32,000 bases of DNA from an archaeon (GTDB lineage Archaea > Iainarchaeota > Iainarchaeia > Iainarchaeales > CSSED10-239): contig JBBABY010000011.1 in assembly GCA_041657425.1 (NCBI GenBank), positions 1-32,000 on the forward strand. The letters run 5' to 3'. Position 1 is the stretch's first letter; every line of letters starts with the position of its first letter. The notes under the pieces are model-generated. The model ran no database searches and had not been told where the DNA came from. It saw nothing but the letters and a program-made list of their open reading frames with translations. The position numbers were made by a program, and so were the translations under genes. Below are positions 24,229-32,000 of the stretch, piece by piece.

Positions 24229-24471
24229 TTAATGTTGTGGCTTAGAAAATTTAATTAATACGCAGATTGTAGCTAAGACAACTAATCCGTTTATTATTGC
24301 TCCTTCAATTTGTCCTGCCTTATATCCATCGAAGATAAGAAAAATAACCCCAAGCATATATGTTATAATAAAACTGGTAGATATTTCTCTTCTTTTGTTC
24401 ATTGTAAAGAACTGGATTACCCAAGCTATAAAAACAATTGATAAACCAATTAACGCATAATTTATTACCAT
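24229..24471 (-). CDS. Small membrane protein (80 aa, about 3 TM helices)
   Basis: ORF with hydrophobic helices, in a co-directional gene array. Confidence 0.45.
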   Translation of the reverse strand: MVINYALIGLSIVFIAWVIQFFTMNKRREISTSFIITYMLGVIFLIFDGYKAGQIEGAIINGLVVLATICVLIKFSKPQH

Positions 24472-24483
24472 TTTTTTCCACCT

Positions 24484-24636
24484 TTATTTTCTTATAAAAT
24501 TATCACAACCGCCTTTTGCGACTACGTCTCTACCAACGCAAGTGCCTTTTGCTTTATTAGTAGCAGCTCTTCTGAATCTTTTACAATCAGAGCAATTTTC
24601 TCCTCTTATTCCTTCACTCCAATATCCTGGAAACAT
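24484..24636 (-). CDS. 50-aa four-cysteine protein
   Basis: MFPGYWSEGIRGENCSDCKRFRRAATNKAKGTCVGRDVVAKGGCDNFIRK. GGAGGAATAATT precedes the ATG on the minus strand. The upstream 53 codons of the track ORF (24484-24795) are Ile/Leu/Phe-rich translated AT-rich spacer and overlap the next gene. Confidence 0.45.
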   Translation of the reverse strand: MFPGYWSEGIRGENCSDCKRFRRAATNKAKGTCVGRDVVAKGGCDNFIRK

Positions 24637-24748
24637 AATTATTCCTCCATTAAATATAATTATTAAAAATATTATTTTATCTATTAAATATAGATATATT
24701 ATGTTTATATATCTTTTGTTTAAAAAAATTAGAAAAAGAAGAAAGAAA

Positions 24749-25612
24749 TTATTCTTTCTTTTCTGAGAATGAATTTTGAACAATATTTTGATCAAAACCT
24801 AATGGAACGGTTCCTGTATTTCCATACACATATAATGCAGTATTATATACATTATTTGCTACAGAAAAGAAAGAAATTATTGCCATAAAGTAAATAACCA
24901 TTATTACTATAAACACTAATAAGACAATTGTCCCTAATGTTGAAAGTAATATTATTCCAAGTATTGTTGCGATTATTCCCAATAATATGAACAGAAAAGC
25001 CATTAATCCAACTCCAACTTGCTTAATTAAAGTTTCTCCCCAAGTTTTCTTTAAAGTTTCAACTGATCTAGAAATTGCTTTAAATGGGCCAACTTTCTCA
25101 TATACCATAACTGGAACAACAAATAAAGTCATAATACTCCATACTCCTCCAATAATTGAAGTAAGTACTTTAATTATAATTTCGCCAATTCCTCCAATTC
25201 TTTCTGCAACTTCATCTAATATTCTTAGAATTAGTCCTACTGTTGCAGAGATAAGACTCCAAGCTAATATTATTCCAATTCTTGAGAATGCAAATTTCAT
25301 TGCATCTCCAAAACTTACTTTTTTGTTATCAAGTGTATTTTTAATAATATAAACCACACCAACATTAAAGAAAGTTGCAATAAATGCAAGTCCAAAATAT
25401 ATTCCAAAAACAATTATCCAATTTATTCCTTCAGCTAATCCTTGATTGCTAGTTAAACTTGGTAATATAATTGATGGAAATACCATTGCTAGAACAAACA
25501 ATATAGAAAAGATTCCAGAAATTATTGGAAATAAAAACAATCTTTTGTCTTTATTCATAATATTAAAGCAAAGTTTAGTTATTTGCCAAGATCTATTAAA
25601 TGCATCAAACAT
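24749..25612 (-). CDS. Polytopic membrane protein (6-7 TM helices), family not identified with confidence
   Basis: 287 aa with multiple long hydrophobic helices. Confidence 0.6.
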   Translation of the reverse strand: MFDAFNRSWQITKLCFNIMNKDKRLFLFPIISGIFSILFVLAMVFPSIILPSLTSNQGLAEGINWIIVFGIYFGLAFIATFFNVGVVYIIKNTLDNKKVSFGDAMKFAFSRIGIILAWSLISATVGLILRILDEVAERIGGIGEIIIKVLTSIIGGVWSIMTLFVVPVMVYEKVGPFKAISRSVETLKKTWGETLIKQVGVGLMAFLFILLGIIATILGIILLSTLGTIVLLVFIVIMVIYFMAIISFFSVANNVYNTALYVYGNTGTVPLGFDQNIVQNSFSEKKE

Positions 25613-25707
25613 GTTTTGTACCTCTTTTTTAAAAATCGATTTTTTAATATAAATATAGAAGAAAAATATTTAAAAACGATTAGGATTCTCCTATTAAAGA
25701 TTAAATT

Positions 25708-26061
25708 CTATTTCTGGTCTTTTTTTGTCATTTTCGTAATCCTTAATGTTACCCATACGGCAATAACAGTAACTAAAACTGAATAAGTTATCATTGCCCA
25801 AACAGTTTCTGCTTTTCCAAAGAGAGACTGAAATATTGCTTTTATAGTATCATTCCAGGCAAGTGCCGCAACAAGTCCAAAGGCTGCAGTAATTAAAGTG
25901 ATTAATTTTTCTGAAACTTCTTTTTTTATTACTTCTTGTTCTTCTTTTAATTTCGCATTATGTTTTTTAAGTTTAGATATAATTTTTTTATCTATGTTTA
26001 ATTTTTCAATAATCTTCTTATCGATTATTTTAATATTGTTTATTTCTTTTTTTTTAACCAT
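25708..26061 (-). CDS. Small membrane protein with a K/E-rich coiled N-terminus and two TM helices
   Basis: 117 aa. LITLITAAFGLVAALAWNDTIKAIF...VWAMITYSVLVTVIAVWVTL may be DUF5654-like, recalled from memory with low certainty. Confidence 0.5.
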   Translation of the reverse strand: MVKKKEINNIKIIDKKIIEKLNIDKKIISKLKKHNAKLKEEQEVIKKEVSEKLITLITAAFGLVAALAWNDTIKAIFQSLFGKAETVWAMITYSVLVTVIAVWVTLRITKMTKKDQK

Positions 26062-26138
26062 TGTTTATCACGAATTTAAATATAGTTATTAAGATTTAAT
26101 TCAAATAGTTTAAAAAGTTTTCTTTAATCCTATTCTAT

Positions 26139-26852
26139 ATGATTCCACTACATAAGGAATTCCCTAATTTAAGATATCAAAAGATTACTTGGGAGAATAT
26201 AGATGATTTAACTCCTGAATTAATTAAAAGATTACGGAAAATAGGATCATTTGGATATGATAAAGATTTTTGGAAAAATAGAACCGTTACAAACAACAAT
26301 AAAATTATTATTTATTTAATTAAAGACGGGTCTTCAGTTTTAGGGTTTATAACTGGAGAATTATATTCTTTATCTGATCATTATATTGATTTAAAATTTG
26401 AAAGATTTGTTAACAAAGAATTAAACGGCAAAGATTTAACAACCCAAGAAATAGAAAATTTTTATAATAAAAATCGCGTAAAAACTAAAAGTAATATATT
26501 TCAAATTAATGAATTTGCAATAGATGAAAATCATCAAAAGAAAGATTTAGGTACAATATTAATGGCAAGAGTAGTTGCTGATCAAAGAGCTAAATATAAG
26601 TCCAAATTTGTTATAATGTATCCTTTAGAAAATACTAAAAAAGTAAATAAAAGAGTGGTTGGAAATTCTCCGATTCTTGTAAAAATTTTTAAAACTAATA
26701 AAGAAAACCTATCTGAAATAAAACAAGTATTTAGGAATTTTAACAAATCTCATTTTAGATATATTTTAAAAAGACAGGATACTAATGAAATGATAGTGAT
26801 TACTAAAAATCCAAATTATAAAAAAAGAGAAATAAGAAGTAAAGTAAAATAA
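26139..26852 (+). CDS. Possible GNAT-family N-acetyltransferase
   Basis: IFQINEFAIDENHQKKDLGTILMARVV resembles the GNAT beta4-alphaA acetyl-CoA motif (Q/R-x-x-G-x-G/A). The rest is unrecognised. Confidence 0.4.
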   Translation: MIPLHKEFPNLRYQKITWENIDDLTPELIKRLRKIGSFGYDKDFWKNRTVTNNNKIIIYLIKDGSSVLGFITGELYSLSDHYIDLKFERFVNKELNGKDLTTQEIENFYNKNRVKTKSNIFQINEFAIDENHQKKDLGTILMARVVADQRAKYKSKFVIMYPLENTKKVNKRVVGNSPILVKIFKTNKENLSEIKQVFRNFNKSHFRYILKRQDTNEMIVITKNPNYKKREIRSKVK

Positions 26853-26855
26853 GGC

Positions 26856-27428
26856 TTATTTCTTTTGCTTAGTTTTCTTTAGGATTATATTATATATTAG
26901 TAAAACAAATAATATTTCTACAGTTGTTACTATAGGGAATAATGATTGTTTCAATATAGAGTATGCTCCGATAGTTCCAGCGATCATTGATATTAATGAT
27001 CCTGTTATTATTGCATAATAGATTAGTTTTTCTTTAAAATTAATATTAACAACAATTAAAGCCACAAGTAAAGAAAATATAATTCTAAACCAACTTGCTT
27101 TTTTTTCATAAGCTTGTCTTTGTGTTTCTAATGCCTGATAACAAAAATCACACTTAGTGGTACAATCTGTATTATAAATTAAATTTCCACCCTGACTTGA
27201 ACAAACATTTATTTCTGTTTGTGAATAGTTACAGTCTTGTGTAACTGGTGTCACAATAGGAATTGTCTTTCCATTATATCCCACATTACAAACATCATAA
27301 TCTGGTTCTGTCATAAAAATTTTGTTAAAGTTAAAAACAGAAGTAATTACAAGAGTTGCAATAATTACAAAAACTGCAACATCAAGTACTTTTGATTTAA
27401 GGTCTTTTGTTTCTTTTGCTTTAACCAT
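26856..27428 (-). CDS. Membrane protein with a Cys-rich (6 Cys) extracytoplasmic loop
   Basis: 190 aa. An N-terminal TM helix, a loop containing DVC..QDC..NVC..TDCTTKCDFC, then 3 C-terminal TM helices. Starts 2 nt after the helicase stop. Confidence 0.5.
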   Translation of the reverse strand: MVKAKETKDLKSKVLDVAVFVIIATLVITSVFNFNKIFMTEPDYDVCNVGYNGKTIPIVTPVTQDCNYSQTEINVCSSQGGNLIYNTDCTTKCDFCYQALETQRQAYEKKASWFRIIFSLLVALIVVNINFKEKLIYYAIITGSLISMIAGTIGAYSILKQSLFPIVTTVEILFVLLIYNIILKKTKQKK

Positions 27429-27430
27429 AA

Positions 27431-28810
27431 TTATCTTCTTTTAGTGTATTTTTTTTGCTGTAATTTATCTTTATGCTTGAAGAAATCTCTTCTTTGTTTT
27501 TGCATTTCTTCAGGAGTCTTTTCTCCATTTATTACTTTCTTAACATTTTCTTTCTTCCTATCTCTTCCATTCTTACTGAAATGTTCTTTTCTTTCAGCAA
27601 ATCTATTCCTATTTACATTTCTGCCTTCTTGGTTTCTATCATTTAATCTACTTGTTTCTTCTGTAGATCTATTTAATTTCATAGGAACAAGAGGTGGAAG
27701 TTGTTTATTTTCAACCTTATAACCAAATCTTCTACACATTTTTAAGAAATCTGTTTCTTCTTTTGAAGTAATTATTGCAATTGCTTTTCCTTTTTTTCCT
27801 GCTCTAGCGGTTCTTCCAATTCTATGAATGTATTGTGTTGGATCTTTAGGTAAATCATAGTTATAGATATACTCTAAATTATCAATATGTATTCCTCTTG
27901 CAGAAACATCTGTTGAAATTAATACTCCTTCTTTATTTTGATGGTATCTTTCAATAGTTCCTGTTCTTTTATTTTGTTCTAATCCACCATGTAGTTTAAA
28001 ACATTCAATTCTGTTTTCTTTAAGGTTATTAAAAAGCACATCAACTTCGCTTCTTGTGTTACAGAACACTATTGCTTTCTTACAATGTTGTTTAACAAGA
28101 TAAAGTAATAATGAAAACTTCATATTTGATTTAACTAAGTAATATTCTTGTAATAGATTTTTAGGATCAATTGTATTTTCAATTACAATTCTCTGAGCAT
28201 TATGTATGTATTGCTTTTCAATTGTTGAAATATCATCAGAGATTGTTGCAGAGAAAAGCATTGTTTGTCTGTCTTTTGGTGTTTGTTTAATGATTTTAGT
28301 AATATCTTCAAAGAAACCCATGTCGCACATTCTGTCTGCTTCATCTAAGATTAAATATTTTATTGCTTCTAATCTTAAGTTCCCTCTATCAATTTGATCA
28401 ATTATTCTTCCTGGTGTTCCAATAACCATATCTGCATACCTTAATTGTCTTGCTTGGTTATTGATTGATGTTCCACCAAATACAACACAAGCTTCTGTGT
28501 TCTTATATTTTGCCATCTTCTTTACTTCTTCATAAACTTGATTAGCAAGTTCTCTTGTTGGAACGATAATTAATGCTTGTACTTTCTTTTGCTTAGTGAT
28601 ATTGGGTAATATCCCAGCTAAGAACGCAATTGTTTTACCTGTTCCTGTTGCTGATTGAGCAATTATGTTTTTTCCTTCAATAATTAAAGGAATTGCTTTA
28701 ATTTGAATAGCTGTTGGCTCTTTAAAGTCAAGTTCGGTTATTACTCTAAGTATATCTTTATCAGTAATTAAATCCTGAAAAGTTAATTTTGGTTTAATAG
28801 AATCTGTCAT
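27431..28810 (-). CDS. DEAD-box ATP-dependent RNA helicase
   Basis: AQSATGTGKT (motif I), PTRELA (Ia), TPGR, DEAD (II), SAT (III), ARGIHID (V), HRIGRTARAG (VI), plus a basic C-terminal tail. Confidence 0.95.
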   Translation of the reverse strand: MTDSIKPKLTFQDLITDKDILRVITELDFKEPTAIQIKAIPLIIEGKNIIAQSATGTGKTIAFLAGILPNITKQKKVQALIIVPTRELANQVYEEVKKMAKYKNTEACVVFGGTSINNQARQLRYADMVIGTPGRIIDQIDRGNLRLEAIKYLILDEADRMCDMGFFEDITKIIKQTPKDRQTMLFSATISDDISTIEKQYIHNAQRIVIENTIDPKNLLQEYYLVKSNMKFSLLLYLVKQHCKKAIVFCNTRSEVDVLFNNLKENRIECFKLHGGLEQNKRTGTIERYHQNKEGVLISTDVSARGIHIDNLEYIYNYDLPKDPTQYIHRIGRTARAGKKGKAIAIITSKEETDFLKMCRRFGYKVENKQLPPLVPMKLNRSTEETSRLNDRNQEGRNVNRNRFAERKEHFSKNGRDRKKENVKKVINGEKTPEEMQKQRRDFFKHKDKLQQKKYTKRR

Positions 28811-28917
28811 ATTTTTTCATTTTTTTGTTTATTATTTTTATCTATAAATAGTTATATATATTAGATATATATTTAAGAAGCAAACCCTTTATAAAATGGG
28901 ATAGAATTAACTAATAT

Positions 28918-29664
28918 CTATGGTAAACACTCAATTAATAAAGATTTTGGGTTTTCTAAATGTTCTTTCCAGAAATCTAATCCAAATTTGTTTATTCCTT
29001 CTTTACTTACTATTAAATTATGAAAATTAACTTTTCTAAAACCTGCACTTTGTAATATCTGTTTATATGTGTTTTTAGAGAAATAAGTGATATCTAATTC
29101 AATTCTACTAGATTTACTTGTCATAATCAATTTATAATTTTCTTCTTCATTAGGAGCTTCTAATTTATTAAATGTGCTTAAATATTCTTTTTTAGGATAA
29201 TATTCTTGTTTTTTAAAATCATAATCTGGATTCATAATCATAGCGATAAATTTTCCTTCTGAAGAAGTATTATTATATATTTTTTTACATAGTTTTAATA
29301 GTTCTCTTTTTGTTTTAACATAATGAAGTACATGGATTGCTAAAACTAAATCAAATTTGTCAATTATTGGCATTTCTGTGGCATCAAGTAGTCTATAATC
29401 TATTTGGTTATTTCTTTCTTTTGCGATTTTTATCATTTCTATAGAAGAATCAATACCTACAATTTTTCGTGGATTGAGTTCTAATAATTTTTCTGAGTAA
29501 TACCCAAATCCACAACCCACATCTAAAATGGTTTTATTATAAACAAGTCCTATATGATTAAATAAACTAGGATTTTGAGAATAATTTTTGCTAATTTGTC
29601 TGCTGGGTTCATTTATTGCATCTACATATTTATTTGCAATTTCGTTATACAATGTATTTTCCAT
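28918..29664 (-). CDS. Class I SAM-dependent methyltransferase
   Basis: ILDVGCGFGYYS (motif I), IVGIDSS (motif II acidic residue). GGAGGG upstream of the ATG. Confidence 0.8.
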   Translation of the reverse strand: MENTLYNEIANKYVDAINEPSRQISKNYSQNPSLFNHIGLVYNKTILDVGCGFGYYSEKLLELNPRKIVGIDSSIEMIKIAKERNNQIDYRLLDATEMPIIDKFDLVLAIHVLHYVKTKRELLKLCKKIYNNTSSEGKFIAMIMNPDYDFKKQEYYPKKEYLSTFNKLEAPNEEENYKLIMTSKSSRIELDITYFSKNTYKQILQSAGFRKVNFHNLIVSKEGINKFGLDFWKEHLENPKSLLIECLP

Positions 29665-29800
29665 ATTTCTCCCTCCTAATTTCTTGACTATTATAGAATT
29701 AGTTAAGGTTTTAAACCTAATAATATATGGTTTTACTTTAGTATAACCTATGTTTAATAAAAGTAATAGTATTTAAATATTTTGTAACTAGTATATTTGT

Positions 29801-30625
29801 ATGATATCACAAGAGAAAGTAAATGAAATTTTAAAGATTGTAGGTAAAGAGCCAAGGACGATACAGGAATTGTCTAAGGAACTAGTAATTAGTTGGATAA
29901 CTACTGAAAAATACATTGAAGAGCTTAAAAAAAACACTGGCCTTATAGATATTAAGCATATAAAGGTGGGTTATAACACTATTAAACTAGTGTACTCCAC
30001 TAATAAGATATCCTCAACAGATATTGAAGAAAATTTATTTACTAAAATTAAAGTAGCTAACTCAAAATTAGAATTCAATTTTATGGAGGTATTCCAATAC
30101 ATTCCAAAAGACAGATCTAATGGATATACTTTAAAGAACTGTGAAGATTTAGATCCTAAATTAGTTTTTGAATATTTAGAAAAATCTAATTTTATATATC
30201 TTTTTTCAGGCAATCTCTCTTTTTTAAAAATGAAGTATAAAAATGAAGTATTTATCGATAAACTAGAATCTAAATTAAAAACAGGATTAAAGATAAAGAT
30301 AATTGCAAGAATAGATATAGACACTGTAAAGAATATCAATTTGCTTATGCCATTATTACAAAGATATCCCGCATCTATTGAACTTAGACATCAACTTCAA
30401 CCACTTAGAGGCATAGTGTTTGATTGCGGTCACGCCATTTTTAAAGAAAGTAAAGAAGAGAAGAATTATAAGCTTCATGAACTTGAAAAAGATATTACTA
30501 TTATGTATGATATTTCTGATGAAGCCTGGATAAATTTTTTTATGAGTACGTTTTGGTACTTTTATAAAACATCAATTAATTATGAAGAAAAATTAGAAGT
30601 AATAAATAGAGTTTATAAAAAATAA
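29801..30625 (+). CDS. Winged-helix DNA-binding regulator, possibly TrmB-like
   Basis: N-terminal EPRTIQELSKELVISWITTEKYIEELKK helix-turn-helix, then a C-terminal domain of about 200 aa. Divergent from the methyltransferase gene. Confidence 0.45.
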   Translation: MISQEKVNEILKIVGKEPRTIQELSKELVISWITTEKYIEELKKNTGLIDIKHIKVGYNTIKLVYSTNKISSTDIEENLFTKIKVANSKLEFNFMEVFQYIPKDRSNGYTLKNCEDLDPKLVFEYLEKSNFIYLFSGNLSFLKMKYKNEVFIDKLESKLKTGLKIKIIARIDIDTVKNINLLMPLLQRYPASIELRHQLQPLRGIVFDCGHAIFKESKEEKNYKLHELEKDITIMYDISDEAWINFFMSTFWYFYKTSINYEEKLEVINRVYKK

Positions 30626-30628
30626 AAA

Positions 30629-30658
30629 AGATTCTCTTCTCCTAGATTTGGTTGGGGG
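30629..30658 (-). pseudogene. Decayed copy of the 3' end (T-arm plus acceptor strand) of tRNA-Tyr
   Basis: gattctcttctcctagatttgg (30629-30650) matches 31281-31302 gattccctcctcccagatttgg at 19 of 22 positions. All three differences are T here against C in the tRNA. Similarity continues for about 8 nt with a 1-nt gap. The T-stem can no longer pair, and no matching 5' half lies nearby. Confidence 0.5.
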
Positions 30659-30730
30659 GAAGCGAGTTTGTTGTTCGTTGTTAGATACTTTAGTTTCATT
30701 CTTACCAACTTCTTTAATGCTTAATAAAAA

Positions 30731-31201
30731 TTATTTCCTAAAAAAGTAATCTCCTGTTTTTATTTTTTTAATTTCATCAAGAGTAAAACCTTTTTGTTTT
30801 AAAACAGATGGAGTAATGCCACGAACTTTTAAATGATGATAATAAATATCTTTTAAGAAAACCTCATTATAGGTTTCTATATTTTGTATGCCTGTATGTT
30901 TAGAGGTTTGGTCTAAAATATCTCTCACAATCTGACGCGATTGATGTATAGAATCTTCAATAATAGAACCTACTGTTTCTTTAGTCCACGATTTTTTTAC
31001 CTTTGGTAATTCTAATTCATTAATACTTTCAAATATAGTTTTTAATATGATTTTTTCTGCTCCTACTTTCTTGGGAAACCATTGCCCATTCACTTTCTTT
31101 AATTCAAATAATTCTTTAGCTACAACAGCTTTTTTATCTTTTGGTATTCTAAACACTGGTGACATTTTTGCTGGTCTTTTTGCTACGCCTGCCATTTTCA
31201 A
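30731..31201 (-). CDS. Hypothetical basic protein (156 aa) lying between the tRNA-Tyr gene and the decayed tRNA fragment
   Basis: Clean ORF, no motif recognised. Confidence 0.5.
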   Translation of the reverse strand: MKMAGVAKRPAKMSPVFRIPKDKKAVVAKELFELKKVNGQWFPKKVGAEKIILKTIFESINELELPKVKKSWTKETVGSIIEDSIHQSRQIVRDILDQTSKHTGIQNIETYNEVFLKDIYYHHLKVRGITPSVLKQKGFTLDEIKKIKTGDYFFRK

Positions 31202-31283
31202 ATCATCTCCATTTAATTTTATTTATACAAAAGTATAGTTCAATATATTTAAAAAAGTAAGTATATAGAAATAGAAGTTGGAT

Positions 31284-31408
31284 TCCCTCCTCCCAGATTT
31301 GGACTGGGGATCTACCGGTCACTGCCTTTTTTTGTTATTCGAAAATAACAAAAATAGTGTGTTACTAAAGTCTACAGCCGGTCGCACTAACCGCTATGCT
31401 AAGGAGGG
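31284..31408 (-). tRNA. tRNA-Tyr (anticodon GUA) with a 52-nt intron at the canonical 37/38 position; CCA not encoded
   Basis: Minus-strand fold: CCCTCCT-TA-GCAT-AGCGGTTA-GTGC-G-ACCGG-CTGTAG[intron]A-CCGGT-AGATC-CCCAG-TCCAAAT-CTGGG-AGGAGGG-A. All stems pair (7/4/5/5 bp). Anticodon GTA at 31373-31375. C1-G72 with A73 and a short variable loop is the archaeal/eukaryal tRNA-Tyr signature. Confidence 0.9.
31320..31371 (-). other. tRNA-Tyr intron with a helix-bulge-helix-bulge-helix splice motif
   Basis: Intron: ACTTTAGTAACACACTATTTTTGTTATTTTCGAATAACAAAAAAAGGCAGTG. The central 4-bp helix is C32UGU35/GCAG, flanked by 3-nt bulges AG|A and UG|A. The outer helix is CUU/AAG. An internal 11-bp hairpin is capped by TTCG. 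Confidence 0.8.
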
Positions 31409-31482
31409 ATTATACTACTTAGTATATAATATTTAAGAAAGAAAAATTATATAAATAGCTACTTTTTATTATTTAAATAAAA

Positions 31483-31956
31483 TCACATCTTTATAAAAAA
31501 AATAAACACCATAAAAGCAATAATTACAATAATTATAAATATCACTATACTATATACAACTAATGATATAGATTTTTTAATTATTTCTGGATCATAATGA
31601 GACAGTTGTGCCTGATTATCATTTTGATCTTTATCGGGCAATTTATTTTTTTTAGGTAATAATGCAACAATGATTATAGGAAGTAAAAGTAAAGCTATAA
31701 AACCCAGAAATTGTGTAAGAATAAAGATAATGAATAATGCTCCAATAATAGATACAGATTTAACTCCAGACAAGTTTATAATTTTTTGTGATTTTTCTTC
31801 ATTTAAATCATCATTATTGTTTATTTTATGTATATAATTATGAGTATATACATCAACTATTGTTTTTAATATTAAAAATAGCAATATCTGGGTACGAAAA
31901 TATAATCCTCCAATAGTTAAAACAATCATTGCTGGGATAAATCTAAGATATGGCAT
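31483..31956 (-). CDS. Membrane protein (about 4 TM helices), function unknown
   Basis: 157-aa hydrophobic ORF. Confidence 0.45.
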   Translation of the reverse strand: MPYLRFIPAMIVLTIGGLYFRTQILLFLILKTIVDVYTHNYIHKINNNDDLNEEKSQKIINLSGVKSVSIIGALFIIFILTQFLGFIALLLLPIIIVALLPKKNKLPDKDQNDNQAQLSHYDPEIIKKSISLVVYSIVIFIIIVIIAFMVFIFFIKM

Positions 31957-32000
31957 AAAAATTAATCTTCCAATTGTTTCTGGTCTTTGTATATCTGTTT

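Noticed and set aside
29706-29718. 13-nt palindrome AGGTTTtAAACCT in the divergent methyltransferase/wHTH intergenic region, as an operator for the regulator.
   Set aside because: A 6+6 palindrome in a 136-nt AT-rich spacer is not clearly above chance, and there is no second copy or conservation data.
30629-30720. A second functional tRNA, or a Nanoarchaeum-style split-tRNA 3' half.
   Set aside because: The T-stem would be CCCCA/CTAGG or CCCAA/CTAGG, with 2-3 mismatches and a missing T54. No complementary 5' acceptor strand (agaagag on the + strand) lies within several hundred nt. The sequence upstream does not form an anticodon-stem 3' strand or a leader helix that I can see.
1-32000. CRISPR arrays, rRNA genes, transposases or IS elements, and known defence-system genes.
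   Set aside because: No regularly spaced direct repeats, no long GC-rich structured RNA region apart from the tRNA, and no DDE, serine or tyrosine recombinase, nuclease/helicase defence modules or toxin-antitoxin motifs were recognised in any ORF.

Overview
AT-rich DNA (about one-third G+C by eye, not computed) from an archaeon, probably a small-genome DPANN-type lineage. That placement is an inference from three things: class III (prepilin-type) signal peptides, an intron-containing tRNA-Tyr with a C1-G72 pair and a bulge-helix-bulge splice motif, and many orphan membrane proteins. Layout: (i) 277-1331, minus strand, a 4Fe-4S ferredoxin translationally coupled to an endonuclease-IV-like TIM-barrel protein. 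(ii) 1453-11313, a tightly packed plus-strand type-IV-pilus-like locus. It holds an oversized PilC/ArlJ(FlaJ)-like platform protein, four proteins with canonical [KR]G-Q-A prepilin leaders plus one divergent leader, further N-terminally anchored Cys-rich proteins, and a tandem paralogue family in which the pilin head domain sits on a three-TM membrane module instead of a prepilin leader. No assembly ATPase or prepilin peptidase is in the window. (iii) 12191-17856, a small polytopic membrane protein followed by a secreted protein of about 1700 aa whose Gly/Ser linker, TM anchor and basic tail lie in the -1 frame. (iv) 17909-31956, mostly housekeeping and orphan genes: class II LysRS, Zn-ribbon protein, membrane-anchored CGHC thioredoxin, ornithine-decarboxylase-type PLP enzyme, DUF1003-like protein, GNAT-like protein, DEAD-box helicase, SAM methyltransferase, wHTH regulator. 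This part also carries the intron-containing tRNA-Tyr(GUA) and a decayed copy of its 3' end about 650 bp away. I saw no CRISPR array, rRNA, transposase or recognisable defence genes. Every family assignment rests on motifs read by eye; no searches were run.
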